A stretch of DNA of 63,800 bases, the filler included, from Klebsormidium nitens (Eukaryota > Plantae > Klebsormidiophyceae): assembly GCA_000708835.1 (NCBI GenBank). It is 6 parts of 6 records of this genome, joined end to end, with 100 filler letters (N's around TTAATTAATTAA, not from the genome) between each part and the next. Parts side by side here need not be neighbours in the genome. Positions count along the whole stretch, not along the records: positions 24,203 to 45,589 come from DF237912.1; positions 45,690 to 53,812 come from DF238173.1; 4 more parts are not named here. One strand, 5' to 3'. A program made the translations under genes and the position numbers. This document shows positions 37,309-50,371 of the stretch, piece after piece; position 1 is the first letter of the stretch; every line of letters begins with the position of its first letter. The notes beneath the pieces were generated by a model. That model was not told the DNA's origin, did not search any database, and was given only the letters and a program-made list of their open reading frames with translations.

Positions 37309-40161
37309 ATGGCATCGAGCGGCAGTGGTACCAAGGATGTGCGAAAGTCGCCCTCAAAGGAGCAGCGGGACAAGTGGCGGGAAGGAGTTCCTTATCTTGT
37401 CCAACTATACTTTGAGAGGTGGGGGAGCAATGACCCTTTGGCTGTTACTGATAAATCTGGCCTTGAGAAGCTGATAGAGAGAAATTGGCGGAAATGTGGT
37501 GCAGGGGAGGGGTGCAGGTGCGAGGAGATTTGTGAGCACCTCCTGTGGCCATCTTCGTGTCCTATCAGTTACGCCCATAGTGTGGCAGAATGCGCAATAG
37601 ATCCCGACGAGAAGACGAGGTACCAGAAGATCTTCTTGGATGCTGTGGATGCGCTCCAGAATGGGGAAGCAATTGGGCAAGGTACGCACCTCTATCCTGA
37701 ATCGATATCGAAAAAGTCTCTGCTTGTGAATGATCTTGGATCAGGATTTGACAAAGAGGGGCTTTATGGCTGAGATAAGCAGCAAACAATGGGCTGGAAG
37801 ACTTCTTCACCATCATAAAGGTGGGACCTTTGACCTCTCAAAACATGATATTGCTGTAGCCAGCAATCGCAATGGGTTTCGTGACACCCCTACTGGACAA
37901 TAGAGGGGCAAGGGCAATTTGTTGGTCATGCTTGCTTGCATAAGATCCATCAAGCTCTTAGCTTGTCAATCTGTAGCTGGAACAACAGATGGTGCATGGA
38001 TGTCATGCATAGGCTTGACGAAATCAAGATCTGAGCTGCCTGGAGAGACTTGTTCAGTCCTACATTTTGTGCTAGAGATGCTTCTTGCTGAGGTTTAAAG
38101 CTGGGCATTGAAGTGTTTGGCAAGTGCACCTGGTGAAAAAGTGACTTGAAAGACGCGCAAGCATTCTCAATGACAGGCCATGACATTGCCAAAGAATAGC
38201 AGTCCCATTCTTGCTGTTTTGCTATTTGTGTAACCCTCTTGCAGAAGTGAAACAAGGTGTAATGTTCCAACAGAGCAATCCAAAGTGCTGAAGATTTGGG
38301 TTACGCAACAGAGATTGATGCACTTCAGCGCAGGATTGAAAGCTTTGTCAGACAAACGGCACAAGTGTAATTCAATAGATGTTATCAGAGGGCCAGTTTC
38401 TTCCAAAAGAGACAACATCTCATATTCCCATATCAAGAAAGTGTGAAAGAGCTTTCAGCACCTTCTTTGCACCAGTTTGCGCAGGCTCAAGCGTTGTGTT
38501 TTGCAGGATCCAACAACTATGTCCAGGATGGTGCATGCCCCTTGCAAAAGGTGCACAGCGAGCTACTTGTCAAGATGCCTCGGCACAGGAAAAGAAAGGG
38601 GGATAGTCTTGCCGAGTCAAACCCCAGAAGAGAAAGGACACGGGGATCGGCAGAGGGCTTGCCGGAATGCTCGCCAGGTGGGAGCTCTGAGCAGAACCCT
38701 GGAGCCAGTAGTGTGCGGTCGACAGGGATCCTCAGCATACCCTCCAGCAGAGCAGAGTTGCCTTCGGGTCTGCCGTCAAACCCATGCCCTGAAGCAACGG
38801 TCAGGCACTCGGTTAAGATGGCGGTGTTGAGTGCATTGTGGGACCCCAGCAAGGACGCCAGATATGTTATCATGAACCAGTTCTGCGAGCTGGGAGATCC
38901 GCGGGCAAACTGCAAGTTGCGGGAGGCTCTGCGAAGCTGGGACTTGGATGGGGTAAGTTTTGGAGGCCCGAATGGCATCTCATATGCTGTGTTGCGGGGT
39001 GGCGGGTCTGATCAACTGAGTTGGAGACGCCACCTGAGAGCTGTACCTTAGGGAACTGCGAAGGATTCTACATCAGTCAAAAGCTTGACTTGGGCTGGTG
39101 CCTAGGGCAGGTTTGAAAGTTGCCTTTCTCTATGCATTGGCTTTCTACACAGTCGGTTTTCCAGGCCCCAGTCCAATTAACAATCATCATCGTCTATCCT
39201 TTAAAATGTACGTGAGGATTTGTGTATATGAAATGGATGCCAGATCTGCAAAGTGTTATTCTGCAGGTCCTAACTCCCAACGACCAGAGCAGCCCGGAGC
39301 GTCAGATCATGTATCTTCTCTGGGACTGCAAAGACAAAGACGAGAAGCGCGGCTGTACAAGTTGGGACCTTGTAGCGAACAAGGTTGTCAACCCGACGGA
39401 GGCCAAGGCTAAAAGTCACGACATAGCGCTGGGTGTGCTCGATGCCTTTGAGCCCCTCTCACCTAAAGAACTGCGGCCTGATGATGCCATGGGCCAGCTT
39501 GTTCCCCATGGGAGATCTGGGGAGCCGGACTCGTGGGGAGGTTCGTTTGGCGGGGGAGGAAACCTTTCAGAGCAGAGCTCCGGCAGTTTCTTCTTTGACG
39601 TGCTTGGCAGTGGCTCTTTCCAACCGCCCGGGTCTACAGAGGGTTATTCGGCGGCATTGAGCTCGTCAGTGCCGGGAGCCGTGCTTGACAGTGCGGACGT
39701 GGGGAGTGTGAGTGGGAAGTCCGTCGTGCTTGACGGTGAGCAACAGGGGGCTTCCAAATCAGGGGAAGACATTCTGGCGCATGGTTCGGCTGTCCCGGGA
39801 GAGTTCCCCAGAGGAAACTTCTCTGAGAAGCACCTACAGGCCCCCCTGTCGAGACAAGCATCTGAGGAGGGCGGGAGGTACGATGGAGCAAGAACCGAGA
39901 GGACAGACAAGGATGCCGGTGAGGAAGGGCATCCTTGTTCGTTTGTAAACACTTGCATGTCCTGATGATTGATTGCAGTCTTGAGCAGAGCTCCGTTAGG
40001 GCAGGTTCTGTATATGCAATAAGAGGATCAGAGCTCTGTGAGGTATCTCAGTTAGTAATGGCACTTGGGCAACTTGTGGAAATAATGCCACCACGTCTAT
40101 CTATGTGGCTCAATCTGCACTTCTTTCTGCAGTGTTTGTGCACTTTGAAACTCAGCGTTGA
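37309..40161 (+). CDS. Hypothetical protein, 4 exons, about 499 aa, with two copies of an unknown ~90-aa domain and a Ser/Gly-rich tail
   Basis: Exons 37309-37681, 38507-38952, 39267-39918, 40133-40161. All introns are GT-AG with matching phases (1, 0, 1), total 1500 nt. The last exon is the least certain. Confidence 0.65.
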
Positions 40162-42797
40162 TGATTCTCCAGATCGCGGCCACGGATCATCGGAGCAGGC
40201 AGTTTGCGAGAAGCAACTCACTTTTTGCGCAGCGGGGACCAAGCCCTCTCCATCTACGTGTAACTCCTGCACCGGTGTCAGTGGATCCGGAGTGAGTCTT
40301 GGAATAGGTTTATCAGACAGCTCCGTTACGGTGTCTGCTTCATTACTTGGTCTGCTTGCTCCACTATCGACAAGGTCCTTGTTGGATATCAGGATTTCAT
40401 TTGTTGCCGTCTACCAAGCAGAGTCCTGAGTGAGGGACTTGTAGAAAGTTCGGGACTGCAAAAATTTGAGGAGCAGAAGACAAGAAGCTTGTATGTTCAG
40501 AATGGACAAGCTGCAGTCGGTTGGAGTTTATCGATCTGAGTCGAAAAGAGTACTCTGTGAAACTTCGATGACTAGCTTGGAGTTGGCACTTTTTCTCGAT
40601 TGATGTTTCTTTGCGGCGCTCTTTGCTTTGACTCGAGCCTTGAGGCTCGAGCCCTCTTTCAGGGACTTCCGGAGCTTGCTTGAAAGCACGACGATTGGGG
40701 TGTAAGTTGGTCTGCATGTTCTTCAAACTGACCTTTGGACGTACCGGTGCATGAAAGGTAGTTAGTGATTTCGTTATTCTTGTATACTTCTCAAAGCTGA
40801 CATGCACTCGAGTGGGTTATGGTGGCGGCTCGAAGTGCTGTTTTGCTAGCCGTGTTCATTGTTCATTGCAACAACTTTTAACAGAAGTTCTATTGCGCTG
40901 CATCTTTATATTGTAGGGTTGAAGTTGTACAATCCAGAAAGAGCAGTAACCATTTTCTCTCGATGCAGGTAGCTGATTCTTCCCTGGTTCGCTGTAGCGA
41001 CGGCGTAGAGTTAGGCATCCCGGCACTTGCAGAGGAGAAGGGGGCGCCACAGACTGCGATGAGTATTAGCAGCGCTGCTTCCCGGACCACCACGTAAGGC
41101 AGCGCTTCGTTGCTCTGCAGTGAATCTCCTTCCGACCAGTACGGCGATAGCTTCGTTTGAAGGTAGAAAGCTCTTGAAATATGCTTTCGTCGAATTCAAT
41201 GCATACCGTGCTTTCTCTGCCCGCTGATCAATACAGGCAAGCCGTGGACTGACAAGAAACAGAAAATCTGCAACTTGTTGAAGACCTCAAAAGTCAGGAG
41301 ACTCGGACGTGAGGTCTCGTCAGCTGGCTGGAATAGGGTCTGCTAAGCGAAGGGGCAGAGATCGGGTAGCAATTCTACGACTCACTGTTCTATGATGTTG
41401 CTGACGTGTACTTGATCAGAGCACTGTGCCTGATTTGCAGCTCCGACGTCCTACATGACGGAAAAGATGGTGCAGCAGGTTTCCGAACCGGGAACGGCGC
41501 CCAGAGTGATGGAAGCCCTGGCTCGAGGTGAGACTGCATGTTTGATGTGCGAGGGCATCACTTCTGCTTTGGAGCGGTACAAAAACGTTCCTTGGAAGAC
41601 TCTGTTGCCGCTTGCGCCTGATGATCTGCCTTAGCCGTTGTCTGAATGCAGACTAGAGCGCTTGAGTTGGCACGCCTGCGAGGCTCCTTCTGTCGAAAAA
41701 TTGCATTGGGTTGCATAGATTGCAGCTTTCATTTGACGGCTTATTGGCTGTCGGCTAGTCGCTCCGCCCTCAGCAATTGCCGCGACGACCTACCCACCGA
41801 CCTCCGCTTTCAGTGGCACGCCTTCTCAAACCGCCTCCGAGTCACTCTCATCCGTACTCCCACCGGCAGTCTCTCCCATCAGCACTTTCTCGCAAGAGAG
41901 GCCCGGTCCCTTTCCCAAGGGAACTTCTTGCCGCTCGGGAGGTGAATACCGATTCTTTTTTCTTATCTGCACAGAGCGTCCCCGCCGTCATCCCAGGGAA
42001 ATCACTGCGGACGCCTCGGCTCGCAGGCCAATGCCAGCGTCGAGACCCGGACAGTCTCGGCAAACCATACCGAGCCCCAAAAGGGGAACACATTTGAGCG
42101 TCCAGAGACGATCACCGGCGGGCCGCTGGTTCGTCAAAGCCGCGATGCTGAGCGAGTGTGTACGAGCAAAGCAGTGCAAAGAAAGGCAAGTGGGCAAAGT
42201 CCAATTAGGAGCGGACAGGCGGAGGCACGCTTCGACCGCACCGGACTGGCAGAAGTGCTCACGAAGCTAGAACTCTCCAAAGAGACGACACCCAGGTGAG
42301 CGGGGCGAGCAAGGGTGCTACGGAAGTTTGGCATTGCTTGTCGCTCACAGGAAAGCCTTTGAAAGGCTTTCGTTCCCTTGTCTCAAGCGAACCAGTGACA
42401 TATGCTACACACCCAAATCCTCGAGATCGAGTGCGGTCTTTGGGTGACGTCTTAAAAGAAAGCGAGCGGCATTTATGACACAAAGATGCGAAGTGCCTGA
42501 CGGGCGCAACCTTTTCCCCGCATTTCATGTAGACTTCACCTCTTCGATGGCCGTTCTTCGCTGCCGTCCTTAGCGTGCTTTTCTAGAAGTCGTTCTTTCG
42601 AGCGGAAAGACACAACACACCGTCCTCTATCTTTAACTTCTAGCAGAAATTAGTTTTGTCATGCTTTGCTTTGCTTTCTTACTCTTGTGATACAGGGACC
42701 AAATTTATCTCTTCTATGTTCTCAAATCTGCAAGCCCTTCCCGTACTTTTGGGGAGAGAATCTGGATCCGAAGGCCAAGCACTCCTGCATTTTCCAG

Positions 42798-43050
42798 ACT
42801 AACGCCCGAGGAGCCCGAGACGGAGCGGCAGCTGCGCAGGCACGATTGCAAGGTTCGCGCGCTGTCTCCTAGCAGACTGGCGGAGGCGGAGGCGGAGCGC
42901 GCGTACGCACTCGCCGTGCACCAGAAGCGCGAGCTCACGCACACGGTCGAGCAGGAGGATCCCGATCAGGAGCGTGCGGCGGAGGAAGTTGCGGAGAAGG
43001 GACGCCAGGAGCGGGTCGCAGTGCAGCAGCAGGCGGCAGAGCACGAGGAG
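42798..43050 (+). CDS. Coiled-coil (E/A/Q/R-rich) exon; direct paralogue of the exon ending at 45473
   Basis: Open frame LTPEEPETERQLRR...ERAAEEVAEKGRQERVAVQQQAAEHEE followed by donor GTACGT. 42928-43150 aligns with 45351-45582, including intron sequence (gcaggagaagccttgttc, gtgcgggg..tggagagt, ctcgaaggtc). Confidence 0.5.
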
Positions 43051-43409
43051 GTACGTCTTTTGCCAACGCAGGAGAAGCCTTGTTCCGAGGCTTGAGCTAA
43101 TTGGTGCGGGGTCTGGAGAGTTTGGGCTCGAAGGTCTACGCGTTTGGTAATAGAGATTTGATGGTCTCGGCAATTTGTCGCGAAGACTTGATGGGGCACA
43201 AAGGCAGGCGGCAGAACCAGGGCGCTTAGATTGAAGCTCACCGGCCTCTATACAACCTTCAGAGTCATGTTACAAATGTTTAAGATGTGCTCGCCTCAGC
43301 CCCTACTTGCGGCAAGGCAATAAAGCAGTCAGCTCCAATTGCCAGCTCGCCACGTCGCAGCACCGATCGCTGCTCAGTGAGCTCTTCGACCACTCGGACC
43401 ACCGGCGGT

Positions 43410-45480
43410 AAATATGGCATCTGCTTGACTCGTAGACCTTCTCCTACTGACAAATCAATGCGATGTTCTGCTCCAGGCACAAAACCCGGCGCACGCTGAT
43501 CTAAGCAACGCGGAGCTGTCCAAGAACAGTCCAGCAGCTCGGGACCAGATTATCAAGGCTCTTTTGAGAGGGTGAGCCACTTCGACCTTGATAATCAGCA
43601 TGTCGGATATGTAGATTCGGGCTTCACATGGTCAAAAGCTGGGCATGTATGGGGTTTATTGAACCCTCCCTGGTAGTTTAACCAGTACTACCAGTGGCCG
43701 CTCATCAGTACTCTTGTGCAGGTGGCCTTTCCATCAGGGCAATATAGGGTGTCTTGCAATGTGAGGGGCTGTAAAGCTTCCAAGCATTCGAGATTGTCAA
43801 GGGCTTTCACTTGATACAAGGTGGAACGTACATATGTATCTGAGACCTGACGTTAAATTGATTTCAGTACGATCGAGGCAGCTTTACTGAAATCACGGCC
43901 AGCTGAAATTGTAGCTTCAGGTGTCTCATCAGTGCTAGTGGTTCCGCATCGCAGTTCTCGAAAGCTTCCGTCACAGTTCGAATAAGCACAAAGCCTCTAG
44001 GTACTTATATACAAATTTGGAGGGCCAGATGGCGGAAAAACTCTGCAAGGTTTACCAAAGGACGGGCTTGCTTGATACAATGAGAGCTGCACAATGATGA
44101 CCATCTGAAGCCGCTGCAGGCCCATCGCTGTCGTTGAGCCAGCCACGGGCAACCTGAAAAGCGCGGAAGAGATTTTCCCTGGAGGCGTCAGCAACAACGC
44201 ATCCCTGTACTGTGTGGCAGTTGGTCTGTACAACGGACTTAACGCATACCTCTGCAGTGACGCCTCAACCAACCAAGAGTTCAAAAAGGTGGGTTCCGAA
44301 TAGGGAACACCTTGGAGCAAAATGTGTGTCTTTTTTTGCTGGTCGCTTTTGTCACATGTGCTCTGATTGTACTGCCTATCGGCCTATCAATCATTGGAGG
44401 GTAATTCCTTTCATCCTTTTGGGAGTCTCAGCCACTAGATTCAAGGTCACCGTTTCTGAAAGGTAGAAGTTGGCGTAACATTTTCAACTGAATCAGTTTA
44501 ATCCAAATACCTCCTTGATTTGAAGGACTTGCTAGGATTCTGGCATCCTGCGGTTACTTCAACGAACTCCTGATAAGTGAATCCAAACTTTCATCGTATG
44601 TTTGGTTGAGTACTTACGTGTCCCTCTCAAGGGGAATCTCTGTTGATGTCGTGTCTGCAACTGGAAGAGCCGGTGGAAAAACCCATTGCTACTTGGGTGA
44701 CAGTTGATCAGTAACGGTGTCCTTTAAATTTTTCATAGACCGGGGCGCAAAGAGTCTAGAATAAGCATGGTGATTACAGTAGCGCCAGTTCAGCCCTTCA
44801 GGCAAGAGACTACCATCAGGCAACAGAGGTCCCATTCAAGCAGAGCTTGTGTTCTCCCCCGTTTCGGTGGACCCACAACCTTGATTACCCTATCGAACCT
44901 GAAAGCCCTTCTCACTCTTGGAGCAGCTGTTCTGGAGCGAGCTGTTCCCTGTCGTGCAGCCCGCCCAAGACATGAACCGGAAAGGTCTTTGGGAGGCGAT
45001 CGATTGCTTCTTCACGCTAGTCGCTGCCAGCCCTGCGCGGTGCACTGCGGTGAAGGCGTACCTGGACGGGTACTTCGACACCCCGCGGACTGCCTGCGAC
45101 GCGCGCGTCAACACCGCGACGCACGCGCAGCTCGAGGCGTGCTTCGCTCACATGCTGGGCGCTGTCAAGGTGAGAACATCTTCGGCTTCCAGACCAGTTT
45201 TCTCCTCCTGGTCTTCCTTCAGATTTGTCCTTGGATGCAATCCTCATCTCGCTCCAAGAAACAGTGACTTGATTGTTTCGTGACATCTCCAAGCATAGGA
45301 TCTTTTCACATATGCATTTCAACCACCTGACCGGCGCCGTGCATCAGGGGCGCGAGCTCGCGCAGAGGGCCGAGCAGGAGGAGCTCACGAATGAGCGTGC
45401 GGCGCAGGAGGTTGCGAAGAAGGAGCTCCAGGAGCGGGTTGCGGAGCTGCAGCAGGCGGCAAAGTACTATAAGGTACGTT
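43410..45480 (+). pseudogene. Copy B of the duplicated unknown spliced gene (inverted relative to 33740-35630)
   Basis: ORF 44918-45283 reads RKGLWEAIDCFFTLVAASPARCTAVKAYLDGYF...NTATHAQLEACFAHML with donor AAG|GTGAGA. 43490-43575 matches the reverse complement of 35450-35530, and 44100-44260 matches the reverse complement of 34860-35050. Confidence 0.65.
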
Positions 45481-46571
45481 TTGCGATTGCAGGAGAAGCC
45501 TTGTTCGAAGGTTGCTCAGATCAACCTTTTGAAGTGCGGGGTGTGGAGAGTCTGGACTCGAAGGTCCAAGCTTTTGGTAGATTTCATTCNNNNNNNNNNN
45601 NNNNNNNNNNNNNNNNNNNNNNNNNNNNNNNNNTTAATTAATTAANNNNNNNNNNNNNNNNNNNNNNNNNNNNNNNNNNNNNNNNNNNNTCCCTGCAGTG
45701 CAGACGTCAGACGTGTTGAAAGGGCGAGAGACGATGCCCGAACATTTCACGGGGCTCGGATGGGTCTCTGCAATCCGATGTCAAGGATTCAAGGGTCGAC
45801 ACTCGCTGCCCGTGGAAAGGAGGCGCCTTGTGGACCTTTCATCGGCGAATGCTCATTGAAAGCACAACCTCCTCTTGTGGGAAATGGTGCTACCAGTCGC
45901 CCTTGCTGTGCACATTACAGAGCCGCCTATCACGGTGACCGCTCTCTCGGGCTTGGAAAGCGAGCCTCTGCAAGCGTTGATGGAGGTGGTAACGGCGCGG
46001 CCAATAGGAGCAAAGGCAGGACCCACCGTGCGTGTTCTGCTCGGGAGCGCAAATGCGAGAACGTTCTGCGCCTTTTTCAAGAAATCGGGTTCAACAAAGG
46101 AGCAGATACGTGTGGAAGCCAGCTCGGCTGCCAAGCCAAGGACCAATCGTCCCCGGAAGCAGCGTCGCGCCTTGGCCGCGGGCGTTCACCACGAACTTGC
46201 AAATGGGGGGGATTTTGTGCACACAAACGCCTAGCTAGCGTAGGCGGCGTGCCCCTTCGGGTGAGCTTTGACGAGTTTTGGAGAAGCGTGGAACCTAAAC
46301 TGCAACCGCGCTTTAGGAATTCTATAGCGTTCGTAGAAGAAGCAGCGGCCGAGGGATGGCCTAGCGTCACTAACCTAAACGCGCTGCGGGAGAAAAACAA
46401 GATCGGAGCGGACGTGAGCCTTTCCTGGGGTTTGCAATTGCCCGCTGGCGTCTAAGGACAAGGGATTGTTAAAAGGAAGTGCATAAAAAAGCCCAACGAG
46501 TTTTGCCCCTTACAATCTTTAGCTTGTAGAGTGCACCGAACTATCTATAAAATGTGTGAAGCGTACCGAAT

Positions 46572-46611
46572 TGTGCTAATGTGCTAATGTGCTAATGTGC
46601 TAAGGTGCTAG
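46572..46611. repeat. Octamer tandem repeat (TGTGCTAA)4 plus one degenerate unit
   Basis: Read directly from the sequence. Confidence 0.9.
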
Positions 46612-46677
46612 GTGCATAATAACGGACGTCAATCTCCAGCGTGACTTCAGCTTCACGCTTAAAGGAATAGTCGCTCA

Positions 46678-47286
46678 TCATACATGCCAAATAGAGCAAC
46701 TAGCACAAACAACGGCTGGGACAAGAGCTAGGTCGGACGACAGTCTGCATTTATGCTTCTTGCGTATATAAACGCTCAATCCGCGCGGGGGTTGCTGAGG
46801 CGTACGCGCAATGAGAAGCACCATAACGCGTTTTTGTTTTTTCACCACGAGGATCTCGCCGCCAGTCATCCACGCGAGAGAAACAAGATGGACACATGCA
46901 TCCGAAAACTCGACAATTTCTAATACGATATTAGGCGCATAAGAGTACCGAAGGTGCGAAAGGAGCATATGTCCCAGACAGACATTGTACAAAGAACCGG
47001 GCTCGCCGCAGAGGCGAAAAGACGAATTTGTGAGGGGGTATAGTCTGCAAAAGGCAAGGTAAAATAATGTGTCAAAAGCTGAAAGAGTGTCAAAACTAGA
47101 TGACTCAGTTGTGTACAACGCCGTTTTCAGAACGTCCCGAAATGATTCTACTCGGAAAGAGGTACGAGTTTGTACAAGGTTGACTAAAAAAAGCAAGCTA
47201 TAGGCTCTTCGAAGAAAACAGTTGCCAATATCGCCTAGTTTGCTGTCTTGCTTGCCATGAATAGGATTCGAAACCAAAAACATCAC
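46678..47286 (-). CDS. Intronless hypothetical ORF (202 aa) in an AT-richer block
   Basis: Long stop-free frame while the opposite frames are riddled with stops. No recognisable motif. Confidence 0.25.
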   Translation of the reverse strand: MMFLVSNPIHGKQDSKLGDIGNCFLRRAYSLLFLVNLVQTRTSFRVESFRDVLKTALYTTESSSFDTLSAFDTLFYLAFCRLYPLTNSSFRLCGEPGSLYNVCLGHMLLSHLRYSYAPNIVLEIVEFSDACVHLVSLAWMTGGEILVVKKQKRVMVLLIARTPQQPPRGLSVYIRKKHKCRLSSDLALVPAVVCASCSIWHV

Positions 47287-50145
47287 GTTGAACCTACGTA
47301 ATAGGTCAGGTAGGTATCGAAATAGAAGCAGACAGACAAAACGCTAACCCTTCTGTGGTTCGAAAAGAATTTCACGGGTCAATTTTTTTGCCGAACTTCA
47401 CCACGTTGAGGAATACATTTGCCAGTTCACTGCATGTGCCTTTATGCACGCTTTTTCAATGCTTTCCCCTGGTACGGTTCTCCACAGTACGGGGTTTGGA
47501 ACAACCAGAGCACCTTTTGTATTCCTTCCCTTCTATAACACAGTTGCGCAGAGCCCTGGACTATAGCTGGTCCCAGATGTTCGATGCCGCGGCTCCGAAT
47601 ATAGCGCTGTCTAAGATCACGCCAACGTTTGCGGGGCCATTGTCGCCGATCATGCCCCGATCGCTTCTTGAGGAGCCTGATGTACGACCGGAGCAATAAC
47701 TTTGGCTTCCAGCATAGCTCCAACTCCGCCCATGCAACATCCTTTCTCACCAGGACAGCCCCACTGACCAACCGGGAATGTCGCAAAGTGAGAAAACGGT
47801 GGAAGAAACGGTCTCCTGTCATACTTCATCAGACTTTTGAGCACGGAGAGTGTCTGGTTCGGTTGCCAGATCTGGCAGGAGCGGTTCATTCGACTGCGCA
47901 AATATGCCCGGTGGAAATATGCGCATAAGCCGGGGGGTATTGGCAGCTGATCAGCTTGCCAATCTTGGATCCCTGGTTGTAGAAGAGAAGGCTGAAAGCT
48001 GCCTCCACCCTCTTGCTTACTTTTTCATGCTTTCGCTTCAGCTTGCTCAAGACGTACTATGGCTAACCGAGAGCACACATTTCATCCGGGTTCTTGCCGA
48101 TCCCAAAGATGGCGGCAAGCTTCATCGAGGGAGTCCATAGCGAAACGCGCGACCTGTGCTTCAACACTCAAAAACCTGACAGCCCCATGCTGGAGAGTAA
48201 CCATGTTTAAGCATGACACAATTTCAGCGCGTGCGGCCAACGTTTATATGTTGATCTCGGCAGTGTTCAGGATCAAGAAAGGGTAGTACGTTGACCCGGA
48301 CAGCAAAGTTGGCATGTACATCACGCTCACATTAGGCGGCTCTTGTTCCTGCAGGGTGGCAGTTTGCGTTCTTGCTGTCTGTTCGGCCGGTCGACCAATT
48401 CCGCAACGACGATGAATCGAAGCTTGCGCGACTTGTTGAGGGCTCGCCAGAACAAACTACTCAATGCTTCTACTCCGGTCACGTTCGTATTGACATGACC
48501 TAATTGAAGCTATATACTATGGCGACCAAAAGCACCCGCTTCCGTTCCTTTCGACGAAGAAATGTTCGATGTACGGATCCCTCGAAAGTGACGACGACTG
48601 GCACATCTGCAAAGTTACTGCCGCATGTTCAATGACGAGTCGACTCTGAGGAGGTAGGTCGTGAAGAGGCGATTGGGAGCTAGATTTCGGGTGGCCAATA
48701 CAGGCTTCTCAATGTGACACGTTGCACGTGATCTCATGACTACCCATTTCCGATCCGCTTTGCTCGAGATTGGCTCATACTTACGTTTGGGCTCCTTTCG
48801 ATGTCCAATCAGACTCGCTTTTGGGCTCGCAACAAGGCAGAAGCATGACCGTAACCCTTGGCGTCAATGCAACCCATCATAGGCTCGCTGTTTACGCCAC
48901 CCAGGCAACCCTCTTTCGCAGTGCCGTCCAAATTGTCTCCACTGGGGTTGGAAGCCAGGACCCACGGCCCACTCGGCCGTCCGGCGACGTCACTATGACG
49001 TCAACCCGGTCTACACATTTTGTTATCAGTTTAACGCGCCAGTGTAGCCCGAGTGGTAGCGCGTCAAACTTACAACACGATCGCTATTGTGTTTCTTCAA
49101 CAGGCGACCAAAGAACTAGCATGCACCAGATCAGTCCGCTCATAGGGTCATAACGGGCACCGCCGTGTCATTACAAGCTGAGTCTACCTCGCCGGATCTC
49201 TAAAGTCCTCTCACCTTACCGAGACCCACCTGATGAACTCGAGCTTTTTCTGTGCCAGAATATCGCACCCGACCACTTCTGCAACCAAAAGGATAGTGGT
49301 CGACAGATTGAGCGTGGTACAAATGCCGTCATTGTGTGACCTAGCTTTTGAGAGCAGGTTGGTTGACTCTCCTCATTCATGCCACCTGCCGAACTGATCA
49401 ACAAGGAAACTCTTCAAGGAATTGAACCGACTCAGGATTTTCATTGTAATGATCTGAGCTGATCACTCTCGATTCGCTGCAGCATAAAAAAACACTGGCA
49501 AATCCGCAGGGCGGCCCTCCCGCAACGGGAGGGGACGGTTGCGGTCAAGACAACACGGGACATGCCGAAGACTCGCTAGTGACGGTAAACCGAGGGGCGC
49601 GCCAACGAATTCGTGGTGAGCGCAATCACCGGAGGTGCCACAGGCTGCGGTTGTGACCAAAATCCATTTGAACGCTCCTCAAACGTGGCCGTGGTGCAGA
49701 TCTCGCACAAGAGCGGCGGACTCTGCCGAATCACATCTAAACGGAGGTGTATTTTTCAAAGAAAAAACGGCGGTCGCAGGCTTCCATTCTGAAAAGGACA
49801 TCCGCAACACCCCAGCTTCCTAGCCGGACACAGGCCTGTGTGCGCTAAGCAGATGGTACCAAGTTTGTCTCCTCGTTCAGCGGCGGAGGGGATGAGATGC
49901 ACGGTGGTCAACCCGGCGCTCAAGGTCGACCCGACGCTCATAAAGCAGGTAATCGAGCGCTCGGCGCTTGATCGAGACTCCCGCATCGGCGTCGAGCAGT
50001 GAACGACGCTCGTCAAGGGGGCTTCAGGTTGGTTGGCCGTTAAAGGCCTGTGTCTGATGGTACTAGGCTATAAGACGCTCGGGTCTAGTCACTTCACAAA
50101 CTCGCAGCCCGGAATTACTAGTTAAACAGTGATTCGGCAGCAGAG

Positions 50146-50371
50146 AAAGTATCGTTGCGCGCGTGTGTGTCGCCGCAGCCCAGTGGGTTACCGAATTGTT
50201 ACAATGGTATCAGAGGCTGACGTCATGACGATCTCATGACGCTTTCCTTCGATCCAAGGGTCGTGGGCTCGAATCCCTCAGGGCAACTCAGGTGATTTCT
50301 GCCTCTCCCTGAAAAAGTATCGTTGCGCGCGTTTTTGCCACCGTAGCTCAGTGGGTTACCGAATTGTTACA
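50146..50371 (+). mobile_element. LTR-retrotransposon remnant: LTR 3' end, tRNA-iMet primer-binding site, and a second partial LTR-end copy
   Basis: ...GAATTGTTACA (ends 50203), A, then TGGTATCAGAG (50205-50215), the canonical iMet PBS. 58-bp direct repeats at 50146-50203 and 50314-50371 (52/58 identical), both ending in CA. Confidence 0.6.

Noticed and set aside
40890-41093. Short ORF with a signal-peptide-like N-terminus
   Set aside because: Non-ATG start, 67 aa, and no supported downstream exons.
50240-50371. Possible functional or permuted tRNA gene
   Set aside because: The acceptor and anticodon stems do not pair and the T-loop has C at the T54 position. It is kept only as a tRNA-like relic within the LTR remnant.
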